Positions 13,693-24,945 of a stretch of 64,000 nucleotides of DNA are shown here, piece after piece. The notes beneath the pieces are model-generated. The model saw only the letters and a program-made list of their open reading frames with translations, was not told the origin of the DNA and did not search any database. This DNA comes from Octopus sinensis (Eukaryota). How positions within the stretch are numbered: position 1 is the first letter of the stretch; each line of letters starts with the position of its first letter. A program made the translations under genes and the position numbers. Where the stretch lies: NCBI RefSeq assembly GCF_006345805.1, contig NC_043007.1:17918001-17982000 (forward strand). The letters are read 5' to 3'.

Positions 13693-14098
13693 AGGCATAG
13701 GAGAGTGGCTGTGTGGTAAGTAGCTTGCTTACCAACCTCATGGTTCCGGGTTCAGCCCAACTGCGTGAAACCTTGGGCAATTGTCTTCTACTATAGCTTC
13801 GGGCCGACCAAAGCCTTGAGTGGATTTGGTAGATGAAAACTGAAAGAAGCCCGTCGTATATATGTGTATGTATATATATGTGTGTGTGTGTTTGTATGTC
13901 TGTGTTTGTCCCCCCAACATCGCTTGACAACCGATGCTGGTGAGCTTACATCCCCGTAACTTAGCGGTTCGGCAAAATAGACCGATAAAATAAGTACTGG
14001 GCTTACACAGAATAAGTCCTGGGATCGATTTGCTCGACTAAAGGCGGTGCTTCAGCATGGCCACAGTCAAATGACTGAAACAAGTAAAAGAGAGAGTA
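13693..14098 (+). mobile_element. SINE family 2 (tRNA head, CORE-like ccttgggcaa, internal microsatellite, aaagag tail)
   Basis: Near-identical copies elsewhere in the window (24222, 29515, 30268, 55398, 56825). Confidence 0.85.
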
Positions 14099-14414
14099 TC
14101 TTTTACTGACCATTAAGTAATGAGGACAGAAACGAACCAGTACCGGTTGTCAAGCGATAGTGATGGTACAAACGCGCGCGCGCACACACATCCACGCACA
14201 TAGAAATATATGACGGGCTTCCGCACAGTTTCTATCTATTCACTCATAAGGCATTGGTCAACCCGGAACTATAGTAGAAAACATTTGCCCAGGAGTCCAA
14301 TGCTACGGGACTGAACTCTGAACTCGAAGCCACGTGGTTGTAAAGCGAGCTTCATCACCACACAGCTATGTCTGCGCCTAGCCAAGTCTGGGGTTATATA
14401 TTATTTTACTGAAT

Positions 14415-14648
14415 AAGGTGACGAGCTGGCAGAAACGGTAGCACGCCGGGCGAAATGCGTAGCTGTATTTCGTCTGCCGTTACGTTCTGAGTTCAAATTC
14501 CGCCGAGGTCGACTTTGCCGTTCATCCTTTCAGGGTCGATAAATTAAGTACCGGTTACGCACTGGGGTCGATGTAATCGACTTAATCTGTTTGTCTGTCC
14601 TTGTTTGTCCCCTCTGTGTTTAGCCCCTTGTGGATAGTAAAGAAATAT
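14415..14648 (+). mobile_element. SINE family 1
   Basis: Full copy with imperfect TSD tat..ttttactgaat. Confidence 0.85.
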
Positions 14649-14899
14649 ATATTTTTTTTACTGAATGTTGTAACTTGTCCCATTTTACATAATTCTTCGC
14701 TTTCTCTCTCTCTCCCCCTCTCTCCCCTCTTCCTCTCTCTTTCCCTCTTTCCTTCTCCATTATGAGTATTGACTTCTAAATTTTGTACAAGACCACCACC
14801 TTTCTTGGTGGGTAGAGGGTATCACTGATTATAGAAGCTTCAGTACTTGACTGGTACTTTATTTTATCGACTCTAAGAACATGAAAGCAAAGTTGTACT

Positions 14900-16460
14900 T
14901 TGAACTCTTTCATCAAACCGACCGTTACTGGTTTGAAGATATACTCTGCTCAAGGCATCTGCAACAATCAGTTCTACGGGGTCTGGAGGTAACTTGAAGA
15001 TCATACTTCTGTAGACGCAGCAACATTCTCTGCAACCTCTGAGGAGCTCTACAAAAGGGTCTCTGAAATATGATTTCAAGGGTCTTGTGATCAGTTTCTA
15101 TTTGAACTGTTTTCCCGTCTCACATCCATGTAGGATCCCTAGCATCTTTTTCTCAGTCTGCGCGTACTTATTTTGTGCACTTGATTTGTCAGTGACTTCG
15201 AAGCGAACGCTACAAGCCTGTCAGCTTGCATCAACACTGCTCGGCCCTTCGGAGCTTGTATCCACTGATAACGTTACTGGCTTTGTAACATCAAAGTACT
15301 GTAGTACCTATATTTTTACTACCCACATGGGGCCAAACACAGAGAGGACAAACAAGGACAGACAAACGGATTAAGTCGATTATATCGACTCCAGTGCGTA
15401 ACTGGTACTTAATTTATCGACCCCGAAAGGATGAAAGGTAAAGTCGACCTCGGTGGAATTTGAACTCAGAACGTAGCGGCAGACGAAATACCTATTTCTT
15501 TACTACCCACAAGGAGCTAAACACAGAGGGGATAAACAAGGACAGACAAACGGATTAAGTCGATTATATCGACTCCAGTGCGTAACTGGTACTTATTTAA
15601 TCGACCCCGAAAGGATGAAAGGCAAAGTCGACCTCGGCGGAATTTGAACTCAGAACGTAGTGGCAGACGAAATACGGCTATGCATTTCACCCGGTGTGCT
15701 AACGCTTCTGCCAGCTCGCCGCCTTGAGTACTGTAGGACCGTAGTCTCTGTCACTCTTTGTTTCAAATTCTTTAAACATGTTTGCTACTCTTCTTCCCAG
15801 TGCCATGCAATGCCCTTCGGCAATATAACTCTCGTAGAGCTGCAGTTCCATTGGAGAGATTTGGCATGAACTTTCTCAGATACTGTACTATATCGAGGAA
15901 TATCATCAGATCTGTTTTGTTTTCAGGCTCCGGCATTTCTCGGATAGCTTTCACCTTTTCAAAATCTGGCTCCAGTCACTTATCAGTGAGATGCCATACA
16001 TATACGACCTCCGTCACTCCCAGCTTGCATTTCTTCATATTCAGTTTCAGGCCACTTGCCGTTCTGTTCAGAACGGCATGCAATCTTTCATCATGTTTCT
16101 TGACATCTGTATCCCGCACCAAAGTGTCATCGACAATAGATTCTGTGCCTGATAAGCCTTCTAGGATCTGTGACATTGTTCTCTGAAATACCTCCGACGC
16201 TGACTTCACTCCGAATGATAGTCGTGCGAATCAGTATCTACTGAACGGGGTATTGAAGGTACACAACTTGGAACTGCTTCCATCAAGTTGCATCTGCCAA
16301 AATACACACTCTGCGTCAAGAACGGTGAACAGCTCGGCACCTGACATTCTTGACATAATTTCCTCAGCAGTTCTCTTGGGATAATGTTCCCTTTTTATAG
16401 CACAATTCAGATATTTTGGGTCTATACAGATCTTAATCTTATTTGGTTTCACTACTGTCA
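14900..16460 (-). mobile_element. Ty3/Gypsy pol relic (RT + RNase H), interrupted by a SINE-1 dimer at 15308-15725
   Basis: VVKPNKIKICIDPKYLNCAIKREHYP, LFTVLDAECVFWQ, LCTFNTPFSRY, KSASEVFQRTMSQILEGL..IVDDTLV, GLKLNMKKCKLG, FLDIVQYLRKFMPNLS; multiple stops and frameshifts; no LTRs seen. Confidence 0.9.
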
Positions 16461-16528
16461 GATATATATTTACGAGCGTAAATATATATCTGATGTACAT
16501 TGGCTCCCATAGTTTGCACAAATGAGCT

Positions 16529-16921
16529 TGGAAGCACTCCGTCGGTTACGACGACGAGGGTTCCGGTTGATCCGAATCAACGGAACAACCTGCTCGTGAA
16601 ATTAACGTGTAAGTGGCTGAGCACTCCACAGACACGTGTACCCTTAACGTAGTTCTCGGGGATATTCAGCGTGACACAGAGAGTGACAAGGCCGGCCCTT
16701 TGAAATACAGGCACAACAGAAACAGGAAGTAAGAGTGAGAGAAAGTTGTGGTGAAAGAGTACAGCAGGGATCGCCACCATCCCCTGCCGGAGCCTCGTGG
16801 AGCTTTAGGTGTTTTCGCTCAATAAACACTCACAACGCCCGGTCTGGGAATCGAAACCGCGATCCTATGACCGCGAGTCCGCTGCCCTAACCACTGGGCC
16901 ACTGTGCCATTGCGCCTCCAC
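16529..16921 (-). mobile_element. tRNA-derived SINE family 3 (~380 bp)
   Basis: Head gtggaggcgcaatggc..cagtggttagggcagcggactcgcgg, tail ccgacggagtgcttcca; TSD acaaatgagct. Confidence 0.85.
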
Positions 16922-17448
16922 ACAAATGAGCTTACCTATCTCACAAATGAAATAACCTGGGTCAGCCTAACTCTTTATCTTCAGAAACAACAATCCCAGT
17001 TTAGATCTGCCAAATTTAGATTTATGAGGTTCGTTGCAGCTATTTTAAGTTTCCTTTGTTATTAATTTTCTTCATATATATCTCAGTTTCATTAAAATAA
17101 AATCAAAACATACTGTTCTCAACTAATATACAATGTGCTAAGAATATAATTAAATGCATCAATCTTCGCTGTCCTAATTTTATTAATTGAAATAAAAGCA
17201 ACCGGATGGGATGAGATTTTGGGTGTGGGAAACAATTAGTTGAGACACTATAGTAACAGCAGAGCACATTGTGTTTTTCTCAGTATATTTAGGTCCGTCT
17301 CGGCCCTCGTCAAACGCATCATATGGTTTACCTCGTGAATGATAACAAAAAAAAAACAAAAAAATAAATAAATGAAGAATGAATGAGGTGCAGCAAATTT
17401 CTGTGTATGTACATACATTCGTGTATATATATAACTCGCTCAGAGATT

Positions 17449-17522
<74 letters not shown>

Positions 17523-17528
17523 TGTGTG

Positions 17529-17566
<38 letters not shown>

Positions 17567-17765
17567 TGTGTGTGTTTTGTCCCCTAACATCGCTTGACAA
17601 CCGATGATGGCGTGTTTACGTCCCCGTAACCTAGCGGTTCGGCAAAAGAGGACCCATAGAATAAGTACTAGGCTTACAAAGAATAAGTCCTGGGGTCAAT
17701 CTGCTCGACTGAAGGCGTTGCTCCAGCATGGCCACAGTCAAATGACTGAAACAAGTAAAAGGGTA

Positions 17766-17821
<56 letters not shown>

Positions 17822-17976
17822 CAAAATGAGAAAATGGAGAAACATACCTAAATCAATCATCAACTATCAGATAATACCCAATCAATACTTTATTAAACTA
17901 TTACATAACAGCAATGACATTATACATAATATATTACAAATATAACTAGACATAGAAATAGAAATAGAAAATACAA

Positions 17977-18108
17977 TTACATTGTAGCTGACAGCTGTTT
18001 CGGCCGTGAAGACAGGTATGTCCCATTTAACCTATTAGCCATATAAAGCAGGTATAAATGAGACATTAACAAGAATGTCTCACGGCCTCTTCAGAGAATT
18101 TAATGTAA
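17977..18108 (-). ncRNA. Type I hammerhead ribozyme with intact catalytic core, in a solo Penelope-like pLTR
   Basis: CUGAAGA (18094-18088), stem II ggccgtga/tcacggcc (8 bp perfect, extendable to 12), GAAA (18001-17998), palindromic stem III ACAGCUGU, cleavage triplet GUC (17992-17990), stem I CU/AG plus distal uuacauu/aauguaa; AATAAA downstream on the minus strand. Confidence 0.7.
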
Positions 18109-18437
18109 GTATGAAAAAAATTTACATATAAATATAAAAATGTGTGCATAGACACTCATAATTCTACACATATATATATACACAATAATACAATATAAAC
18201 AATATATATCAATATACATTAACAAACACAATAATGTTCCATAATGAACTCATAGTTCTATAACCAACATCAAGGAAATACATGTACACTCACATTTAAA
18301 TTTAAAGCAGGCATATATATTTAACAGTCCAGTCTATTAAAATGTATAACCACACAAAAAGTCAATAAAATTAATATTAATATTAATAATAATAATAATA
18401 ATAATAATAACAAGCATGATTGTACCATGTAAAGCAA

Positions 18438-18511
18438 GCGGACATCCACATATATACTCAACAAGTCGAATTCATGAATTCGACTTATTGAGTATATATG
18501 TGGATGTCCGC
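18438..18511. repeat. 74-bp loopless palindrome
   Basis: gcggacatccacatatatactcaacaagtcgaattca|tgaattcgacttattgagtatatatgtggatgtccgc: 37-bp arms, one mismatch. Confidence 0.95.
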
Positions 18512-18555
18512 ACAAACTTTTTTTTTACGAAAGTTAAGTTGAAGGGAAATTATTT

Positions 18556-18840
18556 GGATCTTTTCGGTTTGAACGGCAGTTTTTTTCTAGCGGTGTCATA
18601 TGAAATTGTCACCCATAATTATGACCCTAGTATCGATCTATTGCATTTCAATCTGTTTTAGGGTTAGGGTTAGTTAGGGTTAGGGTTAGGGGTGGAGGGA
18701 AGGGTATCTTTTTTTCTTCACAAATGTAAATAAACCCAATGTGTTTCTTAAACTAGGGACATATTCATACGGCACAGAATGCTTTTTAACTCAATAGACG
18801 TCACTGATTGGCTGAAATTGCAGAAATTGCAGAAATTTTT
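18556..18840. mobile_element. Truncated GGATC-TIR MITE with (TTAGGG)-like tract
   Basis: Starts ggatcttttcggtttgaacggcagtttt as at 31148 and 62649; TAGGGT repeats at ~18658-18692; second TIR missing, replaced by LINE sequence. Confidence 0.8.
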
Positions 18841-18849
18841 AAAACATAC

Positions 18850-21800
18850 TGTTGAAAAGAAAGAAAAATCGAGCGAGTAAGCGAGGAGAAGGTAGAAAAA
18901 TGTCTAAAGCCCATCTGGCAGGATATAACATATCTAGCCAGAGGGGAAAAAATTCAGTACAATCGAGGTACACCAAAAAGACATTGGAATTGCACAATTG
19001 CACTCGGTAAAATCCTTGGAAACAGAAGACGTGATTTTAATACAAATATACATGAGGACATCCAAAATACGAATACCAAAGATCCCACCTCAAGTCGACC
19101 CTATGTGGTTGGTGGCGGCAGTCCTGGCAGAAAGAGTAGATGAGGTAATAATACTTCAGGTTACCGTTTCAGAAAAGGCAAATTGGACCGGCCACACGGT
19201 ACACCTGTTAATTCAAACAGAATAGGCTGTATTAGAACAGCTTCCAGAAAAAATAGAAGTTGGGGAGGAGTTCCTCAACGTTTTTGGTGAGGGGCGTAAA
19301 CCTCGAGGTTTTCAGTGTGGCCAGCTGGGCCATATGAAAAAAATACTGTAAAGAAGGCGAGGAGGAATCTGAAGATGAGGAGGAAGAGAAAGAAAAACAA
19401 ACAGAAGAAAAAAAGTTACTAGCAAAAGAAAAATGGAAAATGAAAACCAACCTAAACAAGTAGAACCAGGATCAAAAAGAAAAAAAAACAGCAAAAAGAG
19501 TCCAACCAAAAATAACAAAGAAAGAAGTAGCGGGCAGAGGGATTGTGGCACTTCATAGTAAAAATGATGATTTAATGAGAGAGATGAAAACAAAAAAATT
19601 AACCACCAGGATAGCAGAACTGTCAGACAAAAATTATGAAGTATATATCTTGCAAACAACTTGCACATGCAAGTGCTACCAGTTAAAAGCTCCGTAGACC
19701 GGAAGCTAGATAAAAAGACTCATAACATTTTATTAAATACTTATAGAAAGTCTGTATCGGTAACGAGACTGGATTTTAACCAATCTATTTTCCAAGATTT
19801 GCCACCTCCGACCCTGTGTCAAGAAAAGGTGGAGGTGCAGGTAAGTTATGTATATTCACATTGGTTGTGTAAATGTCCGTGGCCTGATATCTAGCTGGAA
19901 GCAAGGACGCTTCCTAAATGACATCAGGTCAAGAAAATTGGGTGTGGTTGTTGCAACGGAAACTCGGGTAAAAGGGCCAAGAGATCTGCTCCGCCTCCTG
20001 AACGACTATGAGAAATACGTTTCTCCAAGCCGGGCGGGAGGTTGGGGTGGGGTGTTGGTCCTTCTAAAAAGAAACCGGGTAGCCGAGAAAACGTTGTTTT
20101 TTTTCTGACCCAGAAGGCAGGTTGGTCGTTCTTGACCTGGCATTCAGTTGTGGCAAGATAATCAGGCTAGTTGCTATTTATGCACCCAACATTACGGGCC
20201 CGCAAAGTGAATATTTTCGTGACCTGGGCAAGTTCCTGGCCACATCAGACTCGCTAGTATTGATAGGAGACACACACACAGATTGTCTTGGCTCGAACAT
20301 GAACAGAAAATGTAACCCGGGCTTACGGGATCAGCTAGGTCACTTTCAGCTAGCAGATCCATATAGGTTGGAACACCCGAACACTCCACAGTGGACGTGG
20401 TCAAATAGTGACGGGTCTTCCAAAACATATCTAGATAGGATTTTAATTAGAGAAACAGATAAGTCCATAGCCGAGTGTCCACAGTTTTTTCTAGTCAGCT
20501 ACAGTGACCACAAGATGGTTACCTGTAAACTGACAGTAGATAAATTGCATAGTCAGGGATCTGGCTACTGGAAATTCAATACGTCCCTTTTGGCGATTGA
20601 GGAGTACTGAAAGCGGATCGAGATGTTAATACAGAGGGCATTAACAGGTACCATCATTAATAACAAATGGTGGTACGCCCTAAGAAGAGCCATCAAATAT
20701 GAGTCTATTAGGTTTAGCATAAGTTTAGCTAAGAAGGGACGCAGAATAGGAGATGGTCTAGTTAAGGAACTAGAAGCCTGGAGGACTGGTAATGCGGACC
20801 AAGCGAGGGTGAAAAGACAGGAGTTAAACCAGCATATTGAAGCCTAACACATGGGAAGTATTGCCAGAGCTAAGTTACGTGCGATGGGAAGTGAAGGAAT
20901 CAAGGCCGCTGGATGGACCCGAGTGGTGAAAGCTCGGCAAAGAAATAGTACCAGTATTCGGTTTTTGACGAGTCAAAATGATGTCTTGGTAAACGAACCT
21001 GAGAAAATGTGTAAGGCCTTTCGGGAGTACTTCGCCCGTGAGGACTTTCTTGCCGGGCTGCCGTGTCTCTCGGGGTCGAATGCGGAATTTTGCGAAGGGC
21101 CAATCACGCCTGTGGAGGTGATGGAGGCTTTGGCCGACTGTAAAGCGGGTAAGTCGCCGGGACTTGATGGTCTTCCGTACGAGCTGTATAAATGTCTGCC
21201 AAACTTGTTCGGGCATCTATTAGCTGACGTGTACGTGAACTGGCAACAGAATGGGTTTATCCCCAGATCTGTGCGTCGGAAAGGACCTGGATAAGGGGGA
21301 TGTTATAGAGAATTTCAGGCCCATCACTGTTAAACGCAGAAGTGAAGATTTTGGCTACGGTCTTAGCAAAAAGGTTGACGCGTGTTGCGAATGGTATAGT
21401 CGGGGAGGCATAGACATGTGTCATTCCAGGCAGAACCATTCATGATAATCTCTTCCTTATACGCTATACCATAGAGAGGGTTGGTAATAAATCTGGCAAA
21501 GGTGGGGCATTGGTACATTTGGACCAGTCTAAGGCTTTTGATAGGGTTGACCATCGATACCTGGCGACTGTGCTTGCGCGGTTCGGCCTGGGCCTTAGCT
21601 TCCTCAGGTGGTTCATCGCTCTGTATCACAGCATTGACTCGATAGTTTTCTTTCAAAGTGGTTCTGCATCAGACGGTCGGTTCGTCCAGGAAGTCCGCTC
21701 TCACCACTTTTGTATGTTATGGTTCTCGAGCCCCTACTGCGATGGTTGAGTGGCATCCCGAGAGAACCAGGTCTAGAGGAATTTGTTACAGCTTACGCGG

Positions 21801-23427
21801 ATGATATCACTATCAGCATAACCTCAGTAGCACGCCTACGTGAAGTGGGTAAGACTATTGAAGCTTACGAGGAAGTGGCATGAGCTAAGATTAACCGGGA
21901 AAAGTCGGCACCTGGGTTGGCAAGTCGATGCCTTCAGACAGCATTGTTGGGTGCTGGACGGAGGGACCGGCTAAGTTGTTGTGAGTTTGGTTCGGACCAG
22001 GCCTCCAGATAGAGAAGAACTGGACGGAGGTATTGAGCAGGGTGGCTGCAGAAGTCAAGACCTGGTCTAGGCGGTGGCTAATCCTGAAAGGGAGGACGGA
22101 GGTGGCCAATGTGTTTATCGCATCGGTCATTACCTACCGCCTGATCGTTGTGCCATGTCCGGATTCGTGGGTGATCAGGTTGGAGAGACAGCTCTTTCGC
22201 TTTTTGTGGGAGGGCAGTTCGCCACTTGTGAAACGCTCTGTCTGCTGTCAAAAGCCTTTAAAGGGAGGTTTAGGGATGCTTTAGTTAACGATGCGCAGGC
22301 ATGCTTTGAGGTTGAGGCAGCTCTGGATTCTCCTGGATAGTGAACGGGTGTGGTCTCCACTGGCCAGACATATGTTCCCTGAGTTCAAAAGTTTTTGCGA
22401 AGAGGAAGCCTGGTGTTCTCGTAGACCGAGATCGAGTGAATGGTATAAAGAGTGCCGTAAGGCCCTCTTACTATTCCGGCGCTCGGGCAACGCCAGCGGT
22501 GGGGGTCCTACACGTTTTTTATATAGTGTGTTGGTAGAGTCTGAATGTGACGATGGCCTGGGAGCGACTTTAGGTCTCTGGTTTATTCAACTAAACAGCC
22601 TGTTTCATCGTACATTCGGGTTGAGAACGTTGAACAATTTCCAAAAGTCCTTGACCTGGCAATGTTACAGGGGTGCCTTGCCCGTTTGGGATAAACTCGC
22701 AAGACATGGAAAGTCTCACTCTCCGACCTGTTATAAAAATTGACCCACCGGAATCCTTAACAAACGAAGGTAAGAATTGTTTTCTCACTGTTGTTGCAAT
22801 AGCGAAAGAGGCAGAATGGAAGACTAGAGCAGAGGCGCAATGGCCCAGTGGTTAGGGCAGCGGACTCGCGGTCATAGGATCGCGGTTTCGATTCCCAAAA
22901 CGTGGAGTGCTCTGCCACTTACACGTTAATTTCACGAGCAGGCTGTTCCGTTGATCGGATCAACCGGAACCCTCGTCATAACCGACGGAGTGCTTCCAAA
23001 AAAAAATGGAAGACTAGGATAAAAGGGATTAAGAACTTTATCTCTGGCCACGAGTTAAGACTGTATTCCACTTTCCATTTGGAAAGGAAAATGTGGCTGG
23101 AGAAGAGATGCCTGTCGAAGAGTGTGTTCAAAAAAAGAAGGAAACGTGTTGCACGAGTGCAGTGCGTGTAAGGAACCATGTGAATAGGCTACAGAAGAAA
23201 GACAAGAGATGAAAGAAGTACCAGCGATAGATCGGAGCTTATGGGGTCGGAGCATGGCCTGATCATCGTTACATTTGTATCATATTTGTATTGTGTATGT
23301 CATTCGATTTTTATATATTTTATATAATTTTTATATTCATATTTATGTAATATCACGACGTGTTACTGATCCCAATCAGTTATTTTGTCCCATTCTTTGT
23401 GTAGCACCTTGTGGATAATAAACAAAT
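18850..23427 (+). mobile_element. Decayed near-full-length Tx1/L1-clade LINE (ORF1 knuckle; ORF2 APE endonuclease + RT; 3' UTR)
   Basis: ORF1 FGEGRKPRGFQCGQLGHMKKYC; APE motifs IGCVNVRGL, VVATET, VAIYAPN, YLDRILI, SDHKMV, GYWKFNTSLL; RT KSPGLDGLPYELY, NFRPIT, HLDQSKAFDRVDH, AYADDIT; C-terminal FQKSLTWQCYRGALPV; ORF2 stop at 23171; many frameshifts; SINE-3 insert at ~22825-22998 with TSD aatggaagactag. Confidence 0.9.
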
Positions 23428-23428
23428 T

Positions 23429-23790
23429 GGTATTTCGTCTGTCTTTACGTTCTGAGCTTAAATTCCGCCGAGGTCGACTTAGCCTTTCATCCTTTCGGGG
23501 TTGATTAAATAAGTACCAGTTACGCACTGGGGTCAATGTAATCGACTTAATCCCTTTGTCTGTCCTTGTTTGTCCCCTCTATGTTTAGCCCCTTGTGGGC
23601 AATAAGAAATAAGAAACGTTAGCACACCGGGCGAAATGCTTAGCGGTATTTCGTCTGCCGCTACGTTCTGAGTTCAAATTCCGCCGAAGTCGACTTTGCC
23701 TTTCATCCTTTCGGTGTCGATGTAATCGACTTAATCCCTTTGTCTGTCCTTGTTTGTCCCCTCTATGTTTAGTCCCTTGTGGGCAGTAAA
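23429..23790 (+). mobile_element. Cluster of truncated SINE family 1 units directly after the LINE 3' end
   Basis: Begins ggtatttcgtctg, the same truncation point as in SINE-SINE dimers. Confidence 0.85.
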
Positions 23791-24221
23791 TAAACATTTG
23801 AATTAACCACATTGAAATGTGTGCCTGAAAAGAAATTCCATGAAGCATATTTTAGTGAGTTTAATATATACGCTCAGAGAGTAGCTTCTATGATGAAATT
23901 TAGCCCTAAGCAGTCTTCAGTGTATACTGACTTGATTGTTTGTCATGTAATATAAAACACGTTTAGTAGCCATATGCTTTTTAAGATTAGTCAACTTCAT
24001 AGAAACCTCACCCTGAAGATGGAATTAAACCTGTTTATCCACTTCTTCCCACTCATTTCCTTCATCTGCTTTTTACTCTATCATCCCAATTTTTAAATTA
24101 AAAAAACAAACAACCTTGTGTTCCAGCATGGCCGCAGCTTAAAAGCTGAAACGCTTTAAAGAATTAAAGGATTGATTTTAGCTTCTTTCTCAAAAATCGT
24201 TTGTCTCAAAAGCTTATTCTT

Positions 24222-24610
24222 GTTTATACTTGTTTCAGTTATTTTTCACTGCGGCCATGTTGGAGCACCGCCTTTTGTCGAACAAATCGTCCCCAGGACT
24301 TATTCTTTGTAAGCCTGGTACTTATTCTATCGGTGTCTTTAGCAGAACTGTTAAGTTTCGGGGACGTAAACACACCACAGCCGGTTGTCAAGCGATGGCG
24401 CGTGGGGATGGGGTCAAACACAGACACACAAATATATATATATATATACGACGGGCTTCTTTCAGCTTCCGTCTACCAAATCCACTCAAGGCTTTGGTCG
24501 GCCCGAAGCTGTAATAGAAGACACTTTCCCAAGGTGCGACGCAGTGGGACTGAACCAGGAACCACGTGGTTGGGAAGCAAGCTTCTTACCACACAGCCAC
24601 GCCTACGCCT
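24222..24610 (-). mobile_element. SINE family 2
   Basis: Reverse complement of the 13693 copy. Confidence 0.8.
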
Positions 24611-24945
24611 ATAGCAAATTATTTTTACATGTTCATTTAATTTAAGGGATTTCATAGACTCCTTTCTGTGGAAAGAATTTTTATCCTTCATACTTAGCGA
24701 AAAGTCCTGTTCTTATGCTGCTTGAGTTTTGGTTTGCCCCAAATTAACTCTGTATAATTTTCTATTGCATAATATAATTTGTACCTATACCTGCTGGTAC
24801 ATATTATATATGCATGGTATTTTTGTAGACAGCTCAGTTGCGATGTGTCAACACTAGCAGCAATTTCTTTGCAGTGTGGTATCGATCTATGGACTTTTAG
24901 GTTAAGGGCCCAGTACGCTTCCATTGCATCAATCAGCTCAAAGAA

